A DNA stretch of 64,000 nucleotides from Acidobacteriota bacterium (lineage in GTDB: Bacteria > Acidobacteriota > Terriglobia > Bryobacterales > Bryobacteraceae). Location of the stretch: assembly GCA_043755595.1 (NCBI GenBank), contig JAYUSQ010000106.1, positions 39,598 to 103,597 on the forward strand, written 5' to 3'. Of this stretch, positions 47,647 through 56,877 are shown one piece after another. Within the stretch, counting starts at the first letter, position 1, and every line of letters starts with the position of its first letter. The translations under genes were made by a program, and so were the position numbers. Under the pieces are notes generated by a model. It was not told the DNA's origin, ran no database searches, and saw only the letters and a program-made list of their open reading frames with translations.

Positions 47647-50127
47647 CTACTCGTGGCGCAAAGCTTCGATCGGATTCACGCGCGTAGCTCGCAGAGTAGG
47701 CACATAGGCGGCCAGGCCGGCGATCGCAATGAGGATCGCCGCCGCGCCGGTGAATACTACGGGATCGCGCGCAGTCATCCCGAACAGCAGCGAACCTACG
47801 ACCTGAGAACCGGCGTAAGCTCCGGCCAAGCCCAGCACCGCACCAATCCCCAGCATCACGGCCACCTCTCGCACCACCATGGAACGAACGTCGCCTCCGG
47901 TGGCGCCGATCGCCATACGAATGCCGATCTCGCGCGTCCGCCGCGCCACGTTGTAGGCCAGCACTCCGTAGAGCCCGATCCCGGCGAGCAGCGCGGCCAA
48001 GCCTGCGAAGCTCACCGTCAGTTGCGTCAACAACCGCGTCGCCGATAGATTTTCCTCCATCTGAGCCTCCATCGTTTTGATATCGATCGGCAGGTTCGGA
48101 TCAAGCGATGAAACCGCGCGCCGGATCTGCGCCGTGATCGATTCAGGCGCAACAGCCGTCCGCAGATAGAAGTAGAGCGCAGGCATCCGCCGGTTCTGAC
48201 GGTAGGGCAAGTAGTAAACCCGCCTGGATTTTTCGTCCAGTTCGCTGTACTTGCTGTCCTTCACCACGCCCACAATCGTCATGTCCGGTTTGCCGTTGCC
48301 CGAGGCGAACATCCTGCCGATGGGCTGCCCGTCTTTGAAATAGAACTTCGCGAAGGACTGATTGACGATTGCAACCTTCTGCGCAGTCTTCTTATCCGAG
48401 TTCGAAAATTCGCGGCCGGAGACGAGGCCGATTCCCATGGTGCGAAGGTAGCCGCCGCCCGTAAGCGAATAATAGGAGTCGTTGTCATCGTCGTTGGACG
48501 GCGTGAAGCCCTCAACTGTGATGTTCCCAGACCAATTGGCGCCGGCGATGACAGGCACCGATGTGGCCGAAACAAGCGTCACGCCGGGAATCGCGGCCAG
48601 GCGTTGTTCGAGTTGGTCATAGAACGCGGCGGTTTGCTCAGCGTTGTATTTGTTGAGGCTGGGGTCCACGGCAAACGCGACTAAGTGGTCGGTGCGTATG
48701 CCAAGATCGACGCGCGTGGCGTTGACGAGACTCTTGCCAAAGAGACCAGCCGTAACCAATAACATCAGGGAAACCGCCATCTGTCCGGTTGCAAGAGTTT
48801 TCCGGAAGCGATTGGCGGCGCCGCTGCCCGAACTCTGCCCGGATTGATCTTTGATCACCGTGGCAAGGTCGTGATTGGTCGATTGCAGCGCGGGGAATAA
48901 CCCGAAGGCGAGGCCAGTCAACAAACAGAGAGCGAGACTGAACAGTAACATTCGTCCATCGAGATCTGTCGTAAGCTCTATCCCTTCAGACGGCGGAATC
49001 CGGGCAATAATGAGTCGCAAAGTAATTACAGCTACGCCCAGCCCGAGCACGCCACTGCACAAAGCGACGACCCACGATTCAGCGAGTAACTGGCCCACTA
49101 ACTGACCGCGAGTGGCTCCAAGCGAAAGGCGAAGGGCGATCTCTTTGGCGCGCGCGGCTCCTCGCGCGAGTAGTAAGTTGGCGACGTTGGCGCAGGCGAT
49201 CAGCACCACCATGCCAGTGATGCCCAGCAGAAGGTAGATCGGCGTCTGGGCGTTATTCCTGAAATTACCGCGCCCGTATTGACCCGGCTTCATGACAATC
49301 CGTTTGGCGCGCAGTTGCTTCAGGAAACCTACGCCTGGCGTTTTGTAAACCTTGATGTCCTCTTCCACCTGCGAAATGTACGGTATGTTGAGCGCGGTTT
49401 GGGCTTGTTCCAGGGACACTCCAGGCTTCAGGCGGCCGAAGACGGTCAACCAGTGCGATCGCCGGTCGTCTATATCGTCGCGCCCAGGCGTCATCTGAGC
49501 TTTCATCGCCATGGGGACGAAGACCTCGGGGTGCGCGCCCATCCGCTCATGTTCAAAGCCCGCTTGGGCGACGCCTATGATCGTGAGCGGGAAGCTGTTC
49601 ACCATGATCGTTTGATTCAAGACAGCCGGACTGGCTCCCAGTTTGTTAGACCAGTAACGGTGGCTCAGCACGGCGACCGCATGCCCGCCGCGATTGAAAT
49701 CGTCGCCAGGTTCCAGCAAGCGCCCCATCGCCGGCTTGACGCCCAACACCTGGAAATAGTTTCCGGTGACAAGATGCACTTCGCCCCTGATCGGCTGGTT
49801 GTTGTAGGACAGACTCGCGCCAAACATGCGGCTCCCCGTCAGGCCGGTGAACGACGTTTGCTGCCGCGCCAGTTCCCGGTAGACCGGAAGACTGAACACC
49901 GGTCCGCCACCTTCATCGTTGGAGACCGAACCCTGCAGCGGCCCGGGATGATAGACGAACGCCAGCCGCTCAGGCTCCGGCACTGGGAGCAAGCGCCAGA
50001 GTATCTGATTCATTGTGGAGAACATCGCAGTGTTGGCGCCGATTCCCAGAGCGAGTGAGACAATCGCGATCCCGGTGGTGACAGGCGTCTTCAGGAGGCT
50101 ACGGATAACCTGACGGAACTGGGGCAT
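47647..50127 (-). CDS. FtsX-like ABC transporter permease, ADOP family.
   Basis: 826-aa ORF. MPQFRQVIRSLLKTPVTTGIAIVSLALGIGANTAMFS is an ADOP N-terminus plus TM1. Duplicated FtsX domains. Confidence 0.85.
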   Translation of the reverse strand: MPQFRQVIRSLLKTPVTTGIAIVSLALGIGANTAMFSTMNQILWRLLPVPEPERLAFVYHPGPLQGSVSNDEGGGPVFSLPVYRELARQQTSFTGLTGSRMFGASLSYNNQPIRGEVHLVTGNYFQVLGVKPAMGRLLEPGDDFNRGGHAVAVLSHRYWSNKLGASPAVLNQTIMVNSFPLTIIGVAQAGFEHERMGAHPEVFVPMAMKAQMTPGRDDIDDRRSHWLTVFGRLKPGVSLEQAQTALNIPYISQVEEDIKVYKTPGVGFLKQLRAKRIVMKPGQYGRGNFRNNAQTPIYLLLGITGMVVLIACANVANLLLARGAARAKEIALRLSLGATRGQLVGQLLAESWVVALCSGVLGLGVAVITLRLIIARIPPSEGIELTTDLDGRMLLFSLALCLLTGLAFGLFPALQSTNHDLATVIKDQSGQSSGSGAANRFRKTLATGQMAVSLMLLVTAGLFGKSLVNATRVDLGIRTDHLVAFAVDPSLNKYNAEQTAAFYDQLEQRLAAIPGVTLVSATSVPVIAGANWSGNITVEGFTPSNDDDNDSYYSLTGGGYLRTMGIGLVSGREFSNSDKKTAQKVAIVNQSFAKFYFKDGQPIGRMFASGNGKPDMTIVGVVKDSKYSELDEKSRRVYYLPYRQNRRMPALYFYLRTAVAPESITAQIRRAVSSLDPNLPIDIKTMEAQMEENLSATRLLTQLTVSFAGLAALLAGIGLYGVLAYNVARRTREIGIRMAIGATGGDVRSMVVREVAVMLGIGAVLGLAGAYAGSQVVGSLLFGMTARDPVVFTGAAAILIAIAGLAAYVPTLRATRVNPIEALRHE

Positions 50128-50955
50128 GAGAAAATTATACGTATGTCCAGCCGGTTGGTTGCAAACAAAATACGCCTACCCGGACTTGGCGGCTCGAGTG
50201 TTGCGGAAGCAGAGCAAAAAACCGGCCATCGTTGCTGTCAGGACTAAGTTGAGCGCCGGCTCAATGCGAGGCAGGACCCGCGCAAGCCACTCTGGGGCGG
50301 AGCCGGGGTCAAACCACAACGGCAGAAAGACTCCAGCCGCTTGAATGAAACGCGCCGAACGCCGGGCTGATCGCCGGCAGCTAGCACTCGACTGCCCATG
50401 GCATAACCGTATAGATAGGCGGAGGGATCATCGCAGCAGCCCGTCAGTAGTATCGAAGTCTTGCCGGAAGCCAGATCGACAGATAGGGATGGAGCAGCGC
50501 CGGAAATGGCAGGGCCGGCGACCGGAGCTTCGCGGGGATGTCGAGTTCCAAGTGCTCCTGATTTCGCTCCACCTGGACTCGAAGCGTCTTGCCTGGAGGA
50601 ACCGATGAAAAGGCGCGCACCCAATCTCGCGCAGTGCGAACCGGCCTCCCATAGATCGCCTCGCGATTCGCGGTACTTAAGGCGTCCCCCTTCCTGGAGA
50701 ACAACCGGCAGACGAAATGTCGCCAGCACTCCGGCGCATCCGCCGTCACTGTGGCGACGTTCCAGAGCGGCAATAAAAGCACCATCGCCGCCAGCCACGA
50801 TCTGAGTTCTGCCAGGAAGGGTCACGCCCGAGTTATCGGCCGCATACTCGTATCGATATTAGGCCCGCGCCAACAGCCAATCAAACACAAACGGGAACCG
50901 GGAGCTGTACTAACCCCCGGTTCCCGGCTGCTTAAGCGAAACACAACGAGCCGTC

Positions 50956-51258
50956 TTAATGGCTATGCGTGTCGGCGGCGATAGTGCTGATGGTCATGGT
51001 CTCGCCTTCCAGCGTACCGGTGACCTTGACCATTTTGCCAAGGAAATCCATCACTTTGTCGGCGTTGGCGATTTTGAGGACCTTCTGATCGGTTGACGTG
51101 ACGAATACCGGAGCAGCTCCGCCCTTGACACACTTAGTCACACAGGCTTCATTGCCCTTGGCATGCTTGGCGCCGCAGCCGGATTCGGAGATAGCGCCAG
51201 TCCATTCCGCGCCCATTGCGCTGAGAGCGAACACTGCAAGAATAGCGATCTTCTTCAT
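50956..51258 (-). CDS. Small secreted Cys-containing hypothetical protein.
   Basis: 100-aa ORF with signal peptide MKKIAILAVFALSAMGA. Confidence 0.5.
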   Translation of the reverse strand: MKKIAILAVFALSAMGAEWTGAISESGCGAKHAKGNEACVTKCVKGGAAPVFVTSTDQKVLKIANADKVMDFLGKMVKVTGTLEGETMTISTIAADTHSH

Positions 51259-51310
51259 TGGGTAGTTACCCCTTTCGCGGAAAGTATAGCATTATTTATC
51301 CAATGGTTTT

Positions 51311-51490
51311 CAAGCCGTTGGGAGCCGTGGCGCGACCATTAGGGCTTGAGCGTCCTGAATGTCCGCTTCCTCTAGATCGGGATTTTCGGCCAGGATATCT
51401 TCGATGGATCGGCCCGCCGTTAGCTCGCCCACGATCATGCCGACGGTTAAACTCATCGGTGGCGGAACCTGTGGGGTCGTCTGCATCATT
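51311..51490 (-). CDS. Small DUF433-like HTH protein (59 aa).
   Basis: Manual minus-strand translation: MMQTTPQVPPPMSLTVGMIVGELTAGRSIEDILAENPDLEEADIQDAQALMVAPRLPTA. GRSIEDIL..P.LEEADI matches the DUF433 C-terminal motif as recalled. Below the ORF-track length cutoff. Confidence 0.4.
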
Positions 51491-51520
51491 GTAGTGTAAC
51501 GAATAGACCCGGCCCGATGC

Positions 51521-52700
51521 CTACTTTTTCAAGGTCTCGACCGCCTTTTCCAGGACCTCATCCCGTCCTGCCCGTATTCCGCGAATGGTAGGCGCCACGG
51601 GCACGTCCGGTAGCAGTCCGACACGTTGTAACTGGCGGCCATCGGGCCAGCGCACGTCATGACCGGAGAACGAGATCCGAATACCGCCCGGCCCGAAGAA
51701 GAAAGTGACGTCGCCGTTGGCTCCCGCGGTGGGTTCGCCGATAAACTGCGTGGCGTTCGCAGTCCGGTACATCAGCCCGCTGTGCTCGGACTGACTAATC
51801 GCGCGCTCATCGATCAGCATCACAGTGCGCCCCTTGTACATCGGCGCCGTCCCTCGCGGCGGCAACGTCCGTTCGAATAGCATAGTCTCCCCATTCCCGC
51901 GGTTCAATAGATTGCGGCGGAATTGGGCGTTCACCAGTTGTTCTGCCGTCGAGAGGCGCGGCGCGATCGACCACGCAGTCCCGCGAGGGTACCCGCGCAT
52001 ATCGAGAACGATCGCCTAAGTGTCTTTGAACTCCGTGAACATCGCGTCCACTTGGGCGTTCTCCAGCCGCACCAGATCCACGTAGCCCGTCTGGTCATCT
52101 AGCTTTCTATAAACCGGACCGTCCTTTTCGCGTAAAGCCTGGTAGTTCGACATTCGCCGTGGCACTTCGATGTCGCGCCGCACGCCCCCTTCGCCCTCCA
52201 GCGTGAGCCGCGCGGTTGCGCCTTCCGCACCCAGAGTGGCCGACGACATGGCGCGCGCGATTTTCGATTGCGGCGTCTGACGCGGCCACCAACGGCTTGA
52301 ACTCTTCCATGCGTTCAAGGAAAGGCCGTCCGTCTAACGCGATGACGACGTCGCCGGACCGCACGCCCGCCGCCGCTCCGTATTTCCGACTTTGACGACC
52401 ACTGGCCGCCCTTCCACCCATCGCGGTAAAAAGGGCAGAGGCGCGTTTCCCCAATGCTCGCTGAGCACTTTGCTGCCGACATAACAGTGCGTGTCGTTGG
52501 TTCGTGAAACCAGCCGTGCGATGGCCTTGTGATAGGAAACCGCATCCTTCGCGGCTTTGGCCTCGGCCAGCGCCGCAGGCAGCACGCCGCCCCAGTCTTC
52601 GCCGATTAAGTGCTTGTACGGGAAGAAGTATTCAAAGACACTCCAGACACGCAGCGCGCCTAACATGCGGCGCCCCTCGTTCGGGTACTGCTGGCCGGCG
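51521..52700 (-). pseudogene. S41-family (C-terminal processing) peptidase paralog, fragmented over at least three frames.
   Basis: ORFs 52334..52666, 52107..52454 (PDZ-like DVVIALDGRPF), 52016..52318 and 51521..52000 (S41 catalytic region VMLIDERAISQSEHSG...FIGEPTAGANG) lie in successive frames. Confidence 0.55.
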
Positions 52701-52746
52701 TAGGCCCTTTCAACGAAGGGCCGGAGCTGAAAACCGCGGGGGCGAG

Positions 52747-53667
52747 TTACCGGAGTGATGATCCCGCCCTTACGATCTCAAGCGCCGCCTCAAGCCCATC
52801 CTTCTCCACTTCGCGTTGCAGAACGAAACCGTAGGAACCGTCGGCGTGCGTGTATTCACTGGTGCGTATGACGGCCACCAGCCCCTCGATCAAAGGCTCA
52901 GAGGTTTGAGGAATGACCGCGCTATAGCGGTGTTCGCCTTCGAGCACGAACGCCACTTTGCCCGCAATTTGCAGTGCGATCAGCCCCGGCGGAGTATTCG
53001 TCCGTTCGCCCGCCACCACGGCGATTGGCTTGGCGGAACCGGTTGGCGATCCCGTGGCGCCCGCCTGCGCCAAGCTGCTGAGAGTGTGTTGGTAACCTCC
53101 GTATCCCCTCTCGGCAGCCTGCGGACTCGGGTAACCGGACCAGCTGCGCGCCACCGGCACAAGCCCCGGGGCCGAGTGCGTTGTGATTGAGTCCGACCAA
53201 CGCCGGATGAAGGAGGGAGACGTCCGCGCGTCAATCACCAGCCCCTTAACATCTTTTTTCCCGAGTTCGGCCAACACGGCCGGCACGATTTTCTGGAATG
53301 GCTCAGGCCCACCAATGCCAGGTTCCAGCACGACGACATCCCCTTCGCGCCGGAACGATGGTTCTCGCGAGGCGGATCGACCGGGGTCGGGCGTCGCCCT
53401 CAAATATGTCGCGGGATCTCCCAGCGCGGCCAGCATGCCGCTAACAGCAGCACTATACTCTTCCTTCGATTGCGCCGCCAGGATTTTGGGCGCGGCACTG
53501 GCAAAAGCGCCGTCCCAGTCGATCTCTTTGCCTGCCAGCCACGGATGCGTGTAGTGAATGCGAGCCCATAACTTGCCGGCGGCGGTAAGCCGGGCCGTAG
53601 AGTCCTGGGAAAATGCGAGTGCTGCGAAGAGCGCGGACGCGAGTATCAGCTTGGGCATTCGCGTCAT
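52747..53667 (-). CDS. Secreted S41-like peptidase family protein, possibly catalytically inactive.
   Basis: 306-aa ORF. Signal peptide MTRMPKLILASALFAALAFSQ. Its N-terminal region is similar to the downstream degraded paralog. The segment aligning to the SxSE catalytic motif reads ERTNTPPG (alignment by eye). Confidence 0.6.
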   Translation of the reverse strand: MTRMPKLILASALFAALAFSQDSTARLTAAGKLWARIHYTHPWLAGKEIDWDGAFASAAPKILAAQSKEEYSAAVSGMLAALGDPATYLRATPDPGRSASREPSFRREGDVVVLEPGIGGPEPFQKIVPAVLAELGKKDVKGLVIDARTSPSFIRRWSDSITTHSAPGLVPVARSWSGYPSPQAAERGYGGYQHTLSSLAQAGATGSPTGSAKPIAVVAGERTNTPPGLIALQIAGKVAFVLEGEHRYSAVIPQTSEPLIEGLVAVIRTSEYTHADGSYGFVLQREVEKDGLEAALEIVRAGSSLR

Positions 53668-53671
53668 ATGG

Positions 53672-54175
53672 CTACCTCATAACTTTGGCCGCTTGTAACT
53701 CAGCCACCAGCGCTTCCAGTTGCTTGACGATATACGCTCTCGCCACCTGATAGTTCTCACTTGGGGCAGGTGTGGCGCGCCAATCGGAAGCCTTGGCGCC
53801 TTTCGGCAACCACTCGGTCAGATTGGGGCCGAAACTGATTACCTTCGTGGCCGCCGATAAATCCTTGGCCGATACCTTCACGGGCTTGGCGGCCCCTAAG
53901 TCGATTCCGTCGGCGAGCAGGTTCTTACGCACTCCTGCAGCGATCTCGGCATCTGGAACGGTGCCGCGGGACACAACCTCCACGGCCAATCCCTTTTGCT
54001 TCGCGATGCGCTCAAACTCGGCTGCCGCGATGACGCTTTTGGCCGCGCCGTGTTCACATACAAAGACAACTTTCACAGGGGCGATGGTTTTCTGGCTCCA
54101 TGCTCCGCCGGCGGTTAGCGTCAGCAAGGCGACAACTGAAAGTAATGTCCGGTTCATCGCTTGAGCGTATCGCAT
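53672..54175 (-). CDS. Secreted low-molecular-weight phosphatase/ArsC-like family protein.
   Basis: 167-aa ORF. Signal peptide, then VVFVCEHGAAKS resembling the LMW-PTP/ArsC P-loop CX5R context. The Arg is replaced, so the assignment is tentative. Confidence 0.5.
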   Translation of the reverse strand: MRYAQAMNRTLLSVVALLTLTAGGAWSQKTIAPVKVVFVCEHGAAKSVIAAAEFERIAKQKGLAVEVVSRGTVPDAEIAAGVRKNLLADGIDLGAAKPVKVSAKDLSAATKVISFGPNLTEWLPKGAKASDWRATPAPSENYQVARAYIVKQLEALVAELQAAKVMR

Positions 54176-54196
54176 AGCGGATGAATGCGATAGGAC

Positions 54197-55933
54197 CTAC
54201 TCGCCCAGCAGCGACTTTAACTCCTGCACCTTCGTCACAATGTCACCGCGGTTGGCGTTGCGATATCGCTCGGGCAACAGCGCCTTGCTTGTACACTCAA
54301 GCACAGCCACCAGATTCTGTAACTCGATCTCCGTCGGATAAGACGCCGGAATGAAGTCGGCCAGCGCCGCGCTGAGATCCCCGGTATCCGGCGCAGGCTT
54401 ATCGGCCAGCATCGCGCGCATCTTCGAACGCACCAGAATTGCCTCGATATCAGCCCCCGAGAGAGTACTGGCATGTTCGATGAAATGCTTTTCGGCGTCT
54501 GCGGCGGGCTCAAATTTTGTGCCGGTCTTCTTTTGCATCGCGCGAAACATCGCCAGCCGATCCTCGTCGGACTCCGGATAGAACAGCGCCAGATGCTCTT
54601 CCGCGCGGCCTTGCCGTTTCAAATCCACCGGCAGGAGATCGGGGCGGCAGGTGAGCAGAAACCAGAGCACCTTACCCCGATATTCGGTGTTGCCCATGAA
54701 CTGCGCGATCTGCGCGAAGACTCGGTTGTTCACCCCGGAATCGCCTGAGCTTGAGCGATTGCCCAGTTGCGCATCCGCTTCGTCGACGATCACCACGATG
54801 GGGCTCATCGCCTTCAGCAACGACAGTAGCTTCTCAAGATTTCCTTCCGTCTGCCCCTGCCACATCGAGCGGAAGTTTTTCAGAATCACGGTGGGGATTC
54901 CCACTTCGCCGGCGAAGCAATTGGTCATGAAGGTCTTGCCTGTGCCAACCGGACCGGCAATCACGTAGCCCATGGGCAACGCCTCAGTACGGCCCTGCTT
55001 GATCAACTGCACGGCGTCCAACAGTTTCTGCTTGGCGGGCGTCGAGCCTGCCACCATCGACATATTCCACCTGCTCTCGACAAACTCCAGCATGCCCGCC
55101 GCTTCGGCTTCGATCAACTCTTTCTTTCTGGCCGAAAGATACTTCAGCGTGAGCGCTTGTTTGTTCCTTGCCGCGTGTAAAAGCAGACTCTGCAACTGGA
55201 CCCGTTTCAGTCCAGACGTAAGTGCGGCTAAAGCGTCGGCGGTGACATCGGAGCCGGGCGGCAAGGGCGACTCTTCCAGTTGTGCGGCGGCAAACGAAGC
55301 GCGTTCGTCGCGGCCGGGCAAGGGAATCGCAATCGCGGCCACGCCGGGATGCTGCACCAGATCCTGGTTCAGTTCCACCATGCTCTCTGTCACCAAAACA
55401 ATCGTCACGTCGGCGCGCAGAAAATGCGGGTTGTGAGCCCAGCGCTGCAAAATGACGGCGGCGTTGCGGTCGTCCGCGCTCATTCCTCCCGTGTCGCCAG
55501 CGGGCGCGATGGTTTCGGCGTAGTCGATAATTACGGCGATCTTCTTGCCATCATGCACACGCAGGCGGAGATAGTTATCCAGGAGATTCAGCACGCCATC
55601 GGGATTCCGCGGCAGTGCTTGTGAATAATGTGTGCCGTGAAAAGCATCGTAGCCGGACAGCGCTTGTCCGAAGTCCTTTTGCACTTCCGGTTTGGCGAAC
55701 GAGATGCCGCCACCGCGATCGTAGGACAGCACCACGTCGCGTTGTCCGAACATCGCCGTTTGCAGAAATTTGCCCAAGGGCAGCGCCGAAACGCGCTTCT
55801 CGTCGCGAGTCAGCGGCGCGCCAGAGTCGTACGGCACCAAATCATAGATGTTGCCGTGCAAGATAAACATCGAGAACGCGCCGGAGTAATATTTTTCAGA
55901 GAGTTGGCGGGCCCAAAGAGGAAGAGGCTCCAT
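54197..55933 (-). CDS. AAA+ family ATPase with a large N-terminal domain.
   Basis: 578-aa ORF. Walker A GPVGTGKTF. Walker B VVIVDEADAQ. Confidence 0.8.
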   Translation of the reverse strand: MEPLPLWARQLSEKYYSGAFSMFILHGNIYDLVPYDSGAPLTRDEKRVSALPLGKFLQTAMFGQRDVVLSYDRGGGISFAKPEVQKDFGQALSGYDAFHGTHYSQALPRNPDGVLNLLDNYLRLRVHDGKKIAVIIDYAETIAPAGDTGGMSADDRNAAVILQRWAHNPHFLRADVTIVLVTESMVELNQDLVQHPGVAAIAIPLPGRDERASFAAAQLEESPLPPGSDVTADALAALTSGLKRVQLQSLLLHAARNKQALTLKYLSARKKELIEAEAAGMLEFVESRWNMSMVAGSTPAKQKLLDAVQLIKQGRTEALPMGYVIAGPVGTGKTFMTNCFAGEVGIPTVILKNFRSMWQGQTEGNLEKLLSLLKAMSPIVVIVDEADAQLGNRSSSGDSGVNNRVFAQIAQFMGNTEYRGKVLWFLLTCRPDLLPVDLKRQGRAEEHLALFYPESDEDRLAMFRAMQKKTGTKFEPAADAEKHFIEHASTLSGADIEAILVRSKMRAMLADKPAPDTGDLSAALADFIPASYPTEIELQNLVAVLECTSKALLPERYRNANRGDIVTKVQELKSLLGE

Positions 55934-56013
55934 ATGAGACTCCAGACTAGCGCAACGGTTCCCTCAGCGCGAAACTTACTGAATGCAGCCCGTCATGCGA
56001 CACTGGGAAGGCG

Positions 56014-56565
56014 ATGCGACTAGCAGTTTTCTTCCTCGCGGTCATACCGCTGTTGGCCCAGGCGCCTCCCGGTGTGACGCCCGCCTGGGAGTTGAAAAAG
56101 CAGTTGGATGGATTGGTCTCGCAGGTGCGCCGCCTGGAGCCGCTGATGGGGCAGGTCAAGGCCCAGGATTGGGGCGCTGAAGGCTACCGTGAGCAGCAAA
56201 AAGGTGCGCAGGATCAATTGGAATACCTGGCCCGCTCAGCCACCGCGTTGGCCCGCGATCCGGAAAAGATGACGCTCGCGCTAGACGCCTTTCTTCGACT
56301 GGAGACGCTTGAGCGCATGCTCGATTCGCTGAGCGAGGGAGTGCGGCGCTATCAAAACCCCGCTCTCGCCGACCTCATCCAATCGGCGTTATCCGAAAAC
56401 TCAACGCACCGGTCGCGGCTCCAGAGTTATCTGATCGAACTGGTCGCGACCAAACAGGACGAACTCCGAGCAGCCAATGAGGAAGCACAAAGCTGCCGCT
56501 CCGCCGCGATGAATCCCAATGGCCGCCGCCCCGCTGCCATCAATAACCACCCGAAAAAACCGTGA
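56014..56565 (+). CDS. Hypothetical secreted helical protein.
   Basis: 183-aa ORF with signal peptide MRLAVFFLAVIPLLAQA. Confidence 0.6.
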   Translation: MRLAVFFLAVIPLLAQAPPGVTPAWELKKQLDGLVSQVRRLEPLMGQVKAQDWGAEGYREQQKGAQDQLEYLARSATALARDPEKMTLALDAFLRLETLERMLDSLSEGVRRYQNPALADLIQSALSENSTHRSRLQSYLIELVATKQDELRAANEEAQSCRSAAMNPNGRRPAAINNHPKKP

Positions 56566-56858
56566 CCACTCCTTTTCCGCCGACTCCCGAATCCTCGCCC
56601 GCCACCGTAACGCCCGCGGCCGCCGCGCCCTTGCCCTTGCGTTTTAGCTGCAGTATTTGTGGCGATCCATCGGGCGATATCTGCCACGCCTGTACCAAAG
56701 ACAGTTGCTCGAATCACCTCTGCACACGCTGCTTTTGCTGCAGCGATTGTTGCCGATGCGAAGTCTCGCTGTCGAACGTACCCCATGTCTCCGGACCCGC
56801 CGCGCCCGGCCCTGCCGTTGGGCCACCCGCCTCGCCTCCCTTGACTGAAGGCGAATAA
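56562..56858 (+). CDS. Cys-rich small protein (13 Cys in about 40 aa, CxxC...CxxC...C..CxxCC..CCxC) flanked by Pro/Ala-rich tails.
   Basis: GTG start overlapping the upstream stop (GTGA). In-frame TGC/TGT density is very high (CSICGDPSGDICHACTKDSCSNHLCTRCFCCSDCCRCE). Ends 20 nt before the radical SAM gene. Confidence 0.45.
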   Translation: MTTPFPPTPESSPATVTPAAAAPLPLRFSCSICGDPSGDICHACTKDSCSNHLCTRCFCCSDCCRCEVSLSNVPHVSGPAAPGPAVGPPASPPLTEGE

Positions 56859-56877
56859 AAAGCGAAAATATCGGGCA

